Positions 30,420-38,941 of a DNA stretch of 64,000 bases are shown here, piece by piece. Both the position numbers and the translations under genes were made by a program. Numbering within the stretch: position 1 is the first letter of the stretch; every line of letters begins with the position of its first letter. The notes below the pieces were generated by a model that was not told the DNA's origin, did no database searches, and was given only the letters and a program-made list of their open reading frames with translations. The stretch comes from an uncultured delta proteobacterium (GTDB lineage: Bacteria; Desulfobacterota; Binatia; Binatales; Binataceae): contig CAWEEQ010000004.1 of the NCBI GenBank assembly GCA_963808235.1, forward strand, positions 781,084-845,083, written 5' to 3'.

Positions 30420-30875
30420 ATGCCCTTATTCAAGAAAATTCTTTGTCCTCTCGATTTCGATCAGAATTCGCTTCTGGCGCTCCAGGTTGCGACCGAACTG
30501 GCGCGGGAACGCAAAGCGACCCTCGATTTGCTGCACGTCGTCTCGATACCTTCCGGACCCGAGGTTGCGTTACCCTTCGCCAAAATGGAGAAGGCCGCAC
30601 GAACCAGGCTTGAGCGGCTGGCGGGCCAAAAAATAGGCAGCAAAGTCTCCCATCGCGTCGACGTATCGATGGGCGATCCGGCCGCCGAGATCATTCATAC
30701 CGCGAAAAAGTTGGATACCGATCTTATTGTGATGGCAACCCACGGACGGAAAGGACTCCGTCACCTTGTGCTGGGAAGCGTAGCCGAACGCGTGGTGCGG
30801 GAAGCCCCGTGCCCGGTGCTCGCGATCAAGTCGAAAGCTCCGGCCGCGAAGATCAAAAGACCTCGATCGAAATAA
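30420..30875 (+). CDS. universal stress protein (UspA family), paralog of 23305-23757
   Basis: 151 aa. VMATHGRKGLRHLVLGSV motif. Alignable along its full length to the other Usp. Confidence 0.8.
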   Translation: MPLFKKILCPLDFDQNSLLALQVATELARERKATLDLLHVVSIPSGPEVALPFAKMEKAARTRLERLAGQKIGSKVSHRVDVSMGDPAAEIIHTAKKLDTDLIVMATHGRKGLRHLVLGSVAERVVREAPCPVLAIKSKAPAAKIKRPRSK

Positions 30876-31153
30876 TTCGCTGTATGACGTCACAGCTCAA
30901 ACGGTCGAAATCCTCGCGGTCGTCGCGAAATCAGAACTGTCGCGCTTTCCGCGGTTGGCAGAGAGGGCCAGGGGATCGAAATCTGGTTAAATTCAAGCCA
31001 TGAGCGGTGATGAAGGGAATATGGGGATCCGCCAAAAGGGTTTCACTGATACAAGAGCAATAATGAGGCTGCTTAAGGCTTGACTAATTTCTTGTCTTGC
31101 TCCATAGTGATGCTGCCACCGAAAGGGCGGGCAAAAACGGGGAAGGTAGGATA

Positions 31154-31399
31154 ATGCAACGATCACGAGAAAATGATGAGACTCAGCCGGAATTCTATAC
31201 TGTCGGCCAGCTCGCGGACTTGCTCCAACTGACGCCGATGACGATATACCGGATGGTCAGACGCGGCGAGCTCGCCTGTCATGCGATCGGGCGAATCAAA
31301 CGCTTTCGCCGCGGCGACGTAGAGACGTTCCTCGAGAATTCCAGGCAGCCGGCCTCGGAAGCCACCGCGGCTCCGGCTCCTCGCCGTCTCGATGGCTGA
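31154..31399 (+). CDS. excisionase-family helix-turn-helix DNA-binding protein (HTH_17 / MerR-superfamily Xis-like)
   Basis: RBS GGAAGGTAGG. Core YTVGQLADLLQLTPMTIYRMVRRGELACHAIGRIKRFRRGDVE. 81 aa from ATG 31154. Confidence 0.7.
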   Translation: MQRSRENDETQPEFYTVGQLADLLQLTPMTIYRMVRRGELACHAIGRIKRFRRGDVETFLENSRQPASEATAAPAPRRLDG

Positions 31400-31663
31400 A
31401 GACTCTCGGCGAATAAGTTCCAGCAGCCCCTGAGATTACCGCTACTTCCTGAGCGCTCGCGGGTCAGTACGCGTTCGTGCCCGGCGGTAATTTTTCCCCC
31501 AGCTCTTTCCTCAAAACAGATTCTGCGAACGAGTGTAACCACCAGTACAAACTGGTTGCAGGGAAGAGTCGCGTCTATAGAAGATGGAGGGCGAGCATTG
31601 TAGAAGCTTGACAGGAGCGTTGCATTCCCAAAGGATAGCGCAGCAGTCGATTACGGGGGAAAA

Positions 31664-31882
31664 ATGCAACGCTCACGTCCGAAAGAAGACGCCCAGCCCG
31701 AGTTCTACACCGTTGGACAACTTGCCGATTTGCTGCAACTCACACCCATGACCATTTACCGCATGGTCAGGCGCGGCGAGTTGGCTTGTCACGCGATCGG
31801 TCGCATCAAGCGTTTCAGACGCGGCGATGTCGAGGCTTTTTTACAAAGCTCGAGGAAACCAGCGGCAAGCGCACCAAGCTAA
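31664..31882 (+). CDS. excisionase-family HTH DNA-binding protein, paralog of 31154-31399
   Basis: Identical 46-aa core with many synonymous nucleotide differences. 72 aa. Confidence 0.7.
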   Translation: MQRSRPKEDAQPEFYTVGQLADLLQLTPMTIYRMVRRGELACHAIGRIKRFRRGDVEAFLQSSRKPAASAPS

Positions 31883-32160
31883 GACTTGCTCGTCTTACGC
31901 TCGGCGCCTGAATCGCCGTTGGTTTGGTGTTCCGGTTCCCTGGCTACGCTCCCGCCCGCCGCGACCCATTGATCGACGACTGGCACTTCAAAGCGCAGAT
32001 CCCGTCCAACTCTAATAGCCCGCAACTGGCCTCTTCGCACCAGCCTGCGAACGGTAGCCGGATTGACATGCAGGTAGTCGGAAACCTCACGCAATGTGAG
32101 CATCCTTGCTGGCATATGCTCGCCCCTGGCTGACTCCATTCGACCCGGATTCATCCGCAA
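31879..32160 (-). CDS. excisionase-family HTH DNA-binding protein (third, divergent member)
   Basis: LTLREVSDYLHVNPATVRRLVRRGQLRAIRVGRDLRF is the same HTH_17 pattern. Start ambiguous among several in-frame Met. Confidence 0.55.
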   Translation of the reverse strand: MRMNPGRMESARGEHMPARMLTLREVSDYLHVNPATVRRLVRRGQLRAIRVGRDLRFEVPVVDQWVAAGGSVAREPEHQTNGDSGAERKTSKS

Positions 32161-32511
32161 GCTCGCAAAAGTCTCATCAGGTTTGTCCTCGCCGTTTCGG
32201 TGACCGGAGGTGGCCGGAGGTCTCTAAATCTATTTGACTGTCTAATGCGCATTATCATTCAAATTACTTGACGACGACTCATCTATTGCTTGATGACCAT
32301 CATCTGCTTTCTCAAACGTAGCAAGATTTCAAAGACTAATCAAGCCATGAAAATATTGTCAAGTTAAGATAAAGCTGTTAGAATTCTAAAGCGTGGCATC
32401 TTTATTTACTTTATTTTATGTCTCATTGCTTTGTTTATTCTTTTATGGTACAGTCTTACATAGCGTGCATCCCTTACGATTCATGCGTCGAATCGCGTAC
32501 TGACCTGAGCA
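32161..32511. promoter_or_regulatory. AT-rich (about 35% GC) intergenic island upstream of the EPS locus
   Basis: Strong compositional contrast with the 60-65% GC surroundings. 350 bp without a credible ORF. Confidence 0.5.
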
Positions 32512-33252
32512 GTGAGAAAAAAAACCATGAAACGAAAACTATTGGTCATAGCTCTTCTGTGTTGTGCGCAGCTTCTGTTCGGATGCTCCGCGAAGGACCC
32601 GGAGGCTACCGATATCAAGGGTGTGTCGATGGCGCCGGTGTCGCCTGCCTGCCAATTCACTTCGGTCGACGACCAGTTTCGATCATACCGGATTCAGCCG
32701 GGCGACCAGCTCGACATCAGTTTTTATATGAGCCCCGAGTTTGACCAGGACCTGACCGTACGACCCGACGGCGACATCTCGATGCCGGTGGTCGGCAATA
32801 TTCACGTGCAGGGACTAACCCCGGTCGGGCTCGAGAAGAATCTCAATCAGCTCTATTCGCAGGAGTTGAAAGATCCGAAGACCACGGTCCGCATCGACAA
32901 GAGTCCAAGCCAGGTCGTGTACGTCGAGGGCCAGGTTGGCAAACCCGGCGCGGTGCCGCTGCAGCCCGGGATGACCGCGATCCAGGCGATCGCCGCGTCG
33001 GGCGGAATGAACGATAACGCCGGACCGAGCCGGGTGATTCTCATAAGACGCGACGCGTGCGGGAACGCGCACGGGCAGCCTCTCAAGCTCGACAAAGTGC
33101 TGAACCAGAAAAATAACGAAGAAGATGTGGCGCTGCTGCCTTCGGACATCGTGGTCGTACCGCGCAGCGGGATTGCCCAATTCGATCTCGACGTGAAGCA
33201 GTACGTGCGCGACGCGATGCCGGTCGAAGTCTACGCCGCGCCGCCATTTTGA
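32512..33252 (+). CDS. polysaccharide export outer membrane protein (Wza/GumB family lipoprotein)
   Basis: Lipobox LLFGCS. Poly_export and SLBB-like segments (IQPGDQLDISF..., YVEGQVGKPG). Confidence 0.8.
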   Translation: MRKKTMKRKLLVIALLCCAQLLFGCSAKDPEATDIKGVSMAPVSPACQFTSVDDQFRSYRIQPGDQLDISFYMSPEFDQDLTVRPDGDISMPVVGNIHVQGLTPVGLEKNLNQLYSQELKDPKTTVRIDKSPSQVVYVEGQVGKPGAVPLQPGMTAIQAIAASGGMNDNAGPSRVILIRRDACGNAHGQPLKLDKVLNQKNNEEDVALLPSDIVVVPRSGIAQFDLDVKQYVRDAMPVEVYAAPPF

Positions 33253-33262
33253 GCCGAGTGGG

Positions 33263-34786
33263 ATGAATCAGATGAACAACGAAGCTGTAATGCAGTGGAT
33301 AGAGAAGATATTCCGGCGCCGGGCGTTGGCGCTCCGGATAGGCCTGCTGGTCTTCGGCGTAATCGCGCTGGGCTCGATCATGTGGCCCCCGAGCTACGCG
33401 TCGTCGTCGAAAATCCTGGTTCAATCCAACCGCGCGCAACTGCTGGTCTCGCCCGGGCTGAAGGAAGACGCCGCCAATCAATCGACCCAAACGGTTCCGG
33501 TGGCGGAGCAGGACCTCAACTCGGAGGTCGAGCTGCTGACCAGTCCGTTCCTTATTAAGCAGGCGCTCGCGGGGATGAAGCTCAATCAACGCAAGGGCGG
33601 CGTGATCGCGGGAATGCGAAACATTGTCGACGCGGTCGTCAGCGTCCCGACAGACGTGTACACGGTGCTGCACGGAGGCCCCAGCGCGACTGCGAACCAG
33701 GACGAGATTCAGAAAATCGTGAATCATCTCAGCGCGGACGTGATCAAGCGCTCGAATGTTATCGAGGTTTCGATTGTCTCGCACGATCCCGCGTGGGCGA
33801 AAGCGTTTCTCTCGCAATTGATGACTTCATACCTGAACCTGCACGGGCAGTTGTCGCAGAATCCGCAGGCGCAGGCATTTTTCCAGCAGCAGCGCGCGCT
33901 GCTCGATCAGCGCCTCCAGGACTCAGAGAAGGAGTTGCGCGCGGCGCAACTGCAGACCGGAATCGCTCAATTCAGCGAGCAGCAGCAGGCGCTCATCAAC
34001 CAGGTGTCCGCCGCCGAGGCGAACTATCGCACCACCAGCGCCTCTCTGGATTCCAAGCTGCAGCAGATCAGGAGCCAGGAAGCCGAGTTGAAGCAGACTC
34101 CGCAGCGTCAGACCAAGGAATCGAAGTCGGTCCAGAACATGGCGCTCAGCCAGTTGAAGCCGCAGATGCTTCAACTCGAAACCGAGCGTGCCGAGTTGTT
34201 GAGCCGCTATCAGCCCACCAGCGAGAGAATCCGTGCGATCGACGCCAAGCTGAAAGCCGGCCAAATCATCCTGAGCCGCGAAGATAAGACCAACGTCCAG
34301 GAAACCACCACCGATGTGAATCCGACCTGGCAGGCGCTCGATGCCGATTTGGCCAAAGCGCGGGCCGAAGCCGCGTCGGATAAGGCGGCGCAGACCACTG
34401 AAGCGGCGCAAGTCGCAACGTTACAGAATCAGCTCAAACAGATGACCACGGATGGAGTCGAGATCGAACGCCTGCAGCGCAAAGTCGATAGCGACAAGGA
34501 AGCGTACATGTCGTACGTGCGCAAGGGCGAGGAGGCCCGCGCGGCCGAGGCTCTTAACCAAAGCCGGATCCTGAACGTGAGCGTGGTGCAGGATCCGACC
34601 ACTCCGATCGATCCGGTGTCGCCGCGAATCCGGTTGAATCTGATCGCCGGGCTCCTGTTTGCCCTGATGCTGGCGGTCGCCGCGGCGCACTGGACCGAGG
34701 AATACGATCCCAAGATTTGTTCGACCGCGTCGATATTCAAGGACACCGGGCTCAGCACGGTCGCGATCCTCGACGACAGGTTGTAG
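33263..34786 (+). CDS. polysaccharide chain-length determinant protein (Wzz/GumC-like, no kinase domain)
   Basis: N-terminal TM plus Wzz-like region, long coiled-coil periplasmic segment, C-terminal TM. No P-loop. Confidence 0.7.
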   Translation: MNQMNNEAVMQWIEKIFRRRALALRIGLLVFGVIALGSIMWPPSYASSSKILVQSNRAQLLVSPGLKEDAANQSTQTVPVAEQDLNSEVELLTSPFLIKQALAGMKLNQRKGGVIAGMRNIVDAVVSVPTDVYTVLHGGPSATANQDEIQKIVNHLSADVIKRSNVIEVSIVSHDPAWAKAFLSQLMTSYLNLHGQLSQNPQAQAFFQQQRALLDQRLQDSEKELRAAQLQTGIAQFSEQQQALINQVSAAEANYRTTSASLDSKLQQIRSQEAELKQTPQRQTKESKSVQNMALSQLKPQMLQLETERAELLSRYQPTSERIRAIDAKLKAGQIILSREDKTNVQETTTDVNPTWQALDADLAKARAEAASDKAAQTTEAAQVATLQNQLKQMTTDGVEIERLQRKVDSDKEAYMSYVRKGEEARAAEALNQSRILNVSVVQDPTTPIDPVSPRIRLNLIAGLLFALMLAVAAAHWTEEYDPKICSTASIFKDTGLSTVAILDDRL

Positions 34787-34791
34787 CCGAT

Positions 34792-36375
34792 ATGTATTAC
34801 GAACACTTCAGACTTAGCGGCGCTCCCTTCGAGTTCAATCCCTCGGCGTCGGTGCTCTTCATGAGCGCGGGGCATCGCGAAGGATTGGCGGCGCTCGAGT
34901 GGGGACTGTCCGAGCCGAGCGGATTCACGATGCTGGTCGGCGAGATCGGGACCGGCAAGACCACGCTCATCTACTCGCTGCTCGCGACGCGGCATCAGGG
35001 CGTCCGGACCGCGTGGGTGGCGAATCCGCGCTTAAGCTTCGAAGACATGATGCGCCAGATTTTGGGCCAGCTGGGCGCAGTTGCGCCGGAGACGTCGGGC
35101 AAGCTCGCGCTGCTGCAGGCGTTCGACGCGCAGCTCGCGAGCCATGGGCTCGAAGAGTGCGTGGCGGTGATTGTCGACGAGGCGCAGGACCTGAGCGACG
35201 ACGCGCTGGAAGATCTGCGCCTGTTGACCAACTTTCAATCGCTCGAGCGCAGACGCCTGCAAATAGTGCTGGTCGGTCAGCTCGATCTCGCCAGAAGGCT
35301 GGGGCGGCCGCAACTGCGCCAACTGAATCAGCGAATCGGTGCGCGCGCGCTGTTGCCGACTCTGCAGGACCGGGAGATTTACGACTACGTCGAATACCGG
35401 CTGCGCTCGCGCGGCGGAGATATCGAGAACCTGTTCACGCGGAGCGCGATGCGGGAGCTCGCGCGCGCGAGCGGCGGAATCCCGCGGCGGATCAACATGC
35501 TTTGCCACAACGCGATGCTGCAGGCATACGCGGACGGCGAGCAATTCGTCGCCGAAAAGCATGTGCGTGCCGCCGCCAGCGACTACGATAATTTGCTGGT
35601 CGGCAAAGATTCGGCGTCCGCGAAGATGGCCGCATCGGCGAGCGCGGCGATGCAATCCGCGAGCACAAAGATACGGTCGGCGAGCGCGTCGATGCATTCA
35701 TCGGCGGTCTCGATGGCGCCGGCGATGCGTTCGGGCGCGACCAAGGCGGTTCGCGCGTTGAGCGCGGCGGCAACATTCGGGGCGCTGAGCTTGCTCGGCG
35801 TAGCGGTAGTCGGATTTTGCGAGATGCAGCCGGTGCACAATGATCTTTCCGCGCTGGTCAGGAAATTCGAATCGAAAGCGGCGAGTTTCAGAAGGCCAAT
35901 CGTGGTGCAGCGGGCGCCGGCGCAGTTCGTGACCGGTTCGTCCCCGGCGACCGTTCCGGCGCCGAACACAATTGGTTCGGCTCCAGCGGCCGTTCATGAC
36001 AGCACCGCCCCGGGCGCCCACGAATTGAGTACGCGCGGACACCTCAGGGGTCTTTCGGCGACTGGCCGGCGGGTTCCAGTCAAGCCGCAACCTGAAGCGA
36101 GCGCCGTTCCCAATATTTTGCCGGTGACGTTGTCGCCGGTCGGAAATATTTCCGCATCTCCGGATTCTTCGACGAAACCAGATGACGGCGCCTTGCGCAC
36201 CGACTCGACCATTTTGGTCAGGGCGGGCGACTCGCTCAGCAAGATAGCGATGAGAATCTATGGTTCGTTCGGAGCCGATGAAGTTAAGCGATTGACCGCG
36301 GCGAATCCGCAAATCAAGGACGCGAACGTGATCTATCCCGGTCAGTCTATTCACGTGCAGCAAGCTACCAAATGA
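34792..36375 (+). CDS. ExeA/GspA-like AAA ATPase with C-terminal LysM domain (EPS-locus secretion ATPase)
   Basis: Walker A VGEIGTGKTT, Walker B VIVDEAQ. C-terminal LysM (ILVRAGDSLSKIAMRIYG...YPGQSIHV). Confidence 0.75.
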   Translation: MYYEHFRLSGAPFEFNPSASVLFMSAGHREGLAALEWGLSEPSGFTMLVGEIGTGKTTLIYSLLATRHQGVRTAWVANPRLSFEDMMRQILGQLGAVAPETSGKLALLQAFDAQLASHGLEECVAVIVDEAQDLSDDALEDLRLLTNFQSLERRRLQIVLVGQLDLARRLGRPQLRQLNQRIGARALLPTLQDREIYDYVEYRLRSRGGDIENLFTRSAMRELARASGGIPRRINMLCHNAMLQAYADGEQFVAEKHVRAAASDYDNLLVGKDSASAKMAASASAAMQSASTKIRSASASMHSSAVSMAPAMRSGATKAVRALSAAATFGALSLLGVAVVGFCEMQPVHNDLSALVRKFESKAASFRRPIVVQRAPAQFVTGSSPATVPAPNTIGSAPAAVHDSTAPGAHELSTRGHLRGLSATGRRVPVKPQPEASAVPNILPVTLSPVGNISASPDSSTKPDDGALRTDSTILVRAGDSLSKIAMRIYGSFGADEVKRLTAANPQIKDANVIYPGQSIHVQQATK

Positions 36376-36393
36376 CGAACTTAGGTGTGACCC

Positions 36394-37254
36394 ATGAGTA
36401 GATACTTTCAGGCAATGGAACGCCGCAAGAACGGAATGGTTCCGTTAACTGATTCCAGGATAGGTGATGCGAGAATCGCTGATTCCAACTTCGCTGATTC
36501 GAAGGTCGTTGAGTCGAAGATCATCGATTCCAAGATCATCGAGACCAAGACCAAGCCGTTCTCACACTCACAGGCTGTAGCGCGAACTCAGCCGATGGCG
36601 CTTCCGTCTGTTTCGGAGCCGCAAGGGTTGCTCGATACGCTCGCATGCTGCCATTCGATGCGCAGCTTGAGCGAGCAGCTGGCGGCGGCGAGCGCGCACA
36701 ATGGCCCTGCGCGAATACTCATGACCGGATGCCGGCCGGGCGACGGCGTATCCACCGTGGCTGCGGCGATGGCGCTCGACATAAGTCAGCGCCTGGCGGC
36801 GCGGACAGTGCTGGTAGAAGGACAGCCGCGAGTCACGATGATGCATCCGTTCTTCGCGCGCTCTTGCGCGCCAACTCCCGCGACGATCACGAGCGCGTCG
36901 ATCGCCGTGCAAGGAACCGGATATCCGCGGCTCGAGACGGCGCGGCCGGAGCAGTTGGCGCTAGCGGACCAACCGGCACGGCTGGTGGAAGATCTGGACG
37001 AATTACTTATGCGCTATCGCCTGGCGGTTATAGATCTCGGCGTAGTGCGTTTGGACCCACGAATGTTAGCGCTGGCGCGGCCCACCGATCCGATCCTGAT
37101 TGTGGCCCGACATCTGCATACAGATCGAGCGGAAATGATCGCGACGGCAAACATCCTGCGCTCTACCGGACATCCCGTAGCTGGGGTGATTCTGAATGGA
37201 TACAAGTCGCCGTTGCCATCGCTGGTTCGCCGCCTTGTTGGAATGGAGGAATAA
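36394..37254 (+). CDS. BY-kinase/ParA-like P-loop protein with degenerate Walker A (likely pseudokinase), N-terminal pentapeptide repeats
   Basis: LMTGCRPGDGVSTVA aligns to the BY-kinase Walker A PGEGK(S/T)T but has Val in place of the Lys. No C-terminal Tyr cluster. Seven 5-aa tandem repeats (DSRIG DARIA DSNFA DSKVV ESKII DSKII ETKTK). Confidence 0.6.
   Translation: MSRYFQAMERRKNGMVPLTDSRIGDARIADSNFADSKVVESKIIDSKIIETKTKPFSHSQAVARTQPMALPSVSEPQGLLDTLACCHSMRSLSEQLAAASAHNGPARILMTGCRPGDGVSTVAAAMALDISQRLAARTVLVEGQPRVTMMHPFFARSCAPTPATITSASIAVQGTGYPRLETARPEQLALADQPARLVEDLDELLMRYRLAVIDLGVVRLDPRMLALARPTDPILIVARHLHTDRAEMIATANILRSTGHPVAGVILNGYKSPLPSLVRRLVGMEE
36451..36555 (+). repeat. 7 x 15-nt tandem coding repeat (pentapeptide [DE][SAT][KRN]-h-h)
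   Basis: Read directly: gattccaggataggt / gatgcgagaatcgct / gattccaacttcgct / gattcgaaggtcgtt / gagtcgaagatcatc / gattccaagatcatc / gagaccaagaccaag. Confidence 0.85.
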
Positions 37255-37257
37255 GCA

Positions 37258-38379
37258 ATGGAAGATCTTATCTCGCACAATGGTACTCTAGCCGGTTCAC
37301 ACAACGGCATTCACGCGCCATCAAGTGTGCCTACCTACTCAACTCGGCGCCAAATGCGCGGGATTGCGATTGTTGGGCTCGGCTACTGGGGGCCCAACTG
37401 GGTGAGAAATTTTTCCCAGATACAGGGAATCGACCATGTCGTGTGCTGTGACTTCAGCCGCCCGCGGCTCGATCACATCAAGGGACGTTACCCATCGGTA
37501 GTCATTACCGACCAGCTAGACCGGGTGCTCACCGATCCCGCGATCGACGCGGTCGTAGTTGCTACGCCGGTTAACACTCACTTTGAGATAGCAAGTCGAT
37601 GCCTGAAGGCAGGTAAGTCGACGCTGGTCGAGAAGCCACTGGCTACCTCATGCGACCAGGCAGAGCTTCTAATAAAGATGGCGCGCGAGCGCGATCTGAC
37701 GCTTATGGCGGGCCACACCTTCGAGTACAGCGCGCCGGTGGTGAAGATTCGCGAGCTGATCGACAGCGGCGAGCTCGGCGATATTTTCTACATCAGCTCG
37801 GTGCGCGCGAATCTCGGGCTCTTTCGCCGCGACGTCAACGTGGCCTGGGATCTGGCTACGCACGACATCTCGATCATCCTGATGCTGCTGGGCGAGATGC
37901 CGCTTGAGGTGACTTGCCAGGGCGAGAGCCACTATCACGATCACGTCGAAGACGTTGCGCTGCTCACGCTTCGCTTTGCCAACAACGTGATCGCTTTCGT
38001 GCACGTTAGCTGGCTCGATCCGAACAAGATTCGGCGCACAACTATAGTAGGTTCGCGCAAGATGCTGGTGTACGACGACACGGCGTTGCAGGAAAAAGTC
38101 CGCGTCTACGATAAGGGCGTCACCAAGCATCCTTACTACGACACTTATGGAGACTTTCAGCTTTCATATCGTTACGGCGACGTGAATATCCCGCGGATCG
38201 ACGACCCGGAGCCGCTCAAGGTGGAATGCGATCACTTTATTGAATGCATCAAGAGCGGGATTGCACCGAACAGCGACGGACTGAGCGGACTTAGAGTAGT
38301 GAAGGTGCTGGAAGCAGCCGACCGTTCGCTCAAGAGTCACGGAAGGCCGATAGCGCTTACTCCAACCAGGGTGAACTAG
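37258..38379 (+). CDS. Gfo/Idh/MocA family oxidoreductase (WbpB-like UDP-sugar 3-dehydrogenase candidate)
   Basis: GGAGG RBS. Rossmann motif IAIVGLGYWGPNW. EKP-containing catalytic region. Confidence 0.7.
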   Translation: MEDLISHNGTLAGSHNGIHAPSSVPTYSTRRQMRGIAIVGLGYWGPNWVRNFSQIQGIDHVVCCDFSRPRLDHIKGRYPSVVITDQLDRVLTDPAIDAVVVATPVNTHFEIASRCLKAGKSTLVEKPLATSCDQAELLIKMARERDLTLMAGHTFEYSAPVVKIRELIDSGELGDIFYISSVRANLGLFRRDVNVAWDLATHDISIILMLLGEMPLEVTCQGESHYHDHVEDVALLTLRFANNVIAFVHVSWLDPNKIRRTTIVGSRKMLVYDDTALQEKVRVYDKGVTKHPYYDTYGDFQLSYRYGDVNIPRIDDPEPLKVECDHFIECIKSGIAPNSDGLSGLRVVKVLEAADRSLKSHGRPIALTPTRVN

Positions 38380-38411
38380 CACACACCACTTAGATGTAGC
38401 ACTGAAAGAAT

Positions 38412-38924
38412 GTGAGAACTGAGATGTCACCGCACGAACTACCACCCAACGTATGCGCCTCGGCCGACGTGATCCTGGGCGAGGAGGTCCAATTAGCACC
38501 TTTCGTAAATCTATACGGATGCAGCGTCGGAGACGCGTCGCGAATCGGCGCCTTCGTGGAAGTTCAGCGCGACGCGCACATCGGCAAGCGCTGCAAGATA
38601 TCGAGTCACACTTTCATTTGTTCCGGCGTCACTATTGAAGATGAGGTTTTCATCGGTCACGGGGTGCTGTTCATCAACGATCGGCATCCACGCGCGACCA
38701 ACCCCGACGGCACCTCCAAGACCCCGGACGATTGGGTGATGGAGCGCACTTACGTGCGGCGCGGCGCCTCGATTGGGAGCGGTGCGATCATCATGTGCGG
38801 CGTCGAGATTGGCGCGAGATCGATGGTCGCAGCCGGTGCGCTAGTGACCAGTGACGTTCCCGCGCGAGCAACTGTCCTAGGTATACCGGCACGTCTATAT
38901 ACCGGCCAGCGCCGGTCCGCATAG
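38412..38924 (+). CDS. hexapeptide-repeat acyltransferase (WbpD/WlbB-like sugar N-acetyltransferase candidate)
   Basis: Left-handed beta-helix hexapeptide repeats throughout (GAFVEVQRDAHIGKRCKISSHTFICSGVTIEDEVFIGHGV). Confidence 0.7.
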   Translation: MRTEMSPHELPPNVCASADVILGEEVQLAPFVNLYGCSVGDASRIGAFVEVQRDAHIGKRCKISSHTFICSGVTIEDEVFIGHGVLFINDRHPRATNPDGTSKTPDDWVMERTYVRRGASIGSGAIIMCGVEIGARSMVAAGALVTSDVPARATVLGIPARLYTGQRRSA

Positions 38925-38941
38925 ATCAGGAGTCGAACGAG

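Noticed and set aside
31097-31399. Longer 100-aa version of the first Xis-like ORF starting at 31097
   Set aside because: The paralog starts at the equivalent MQRSR, and a strong RBS precedes the ATG at 31154. The upstream extension is not conserved.
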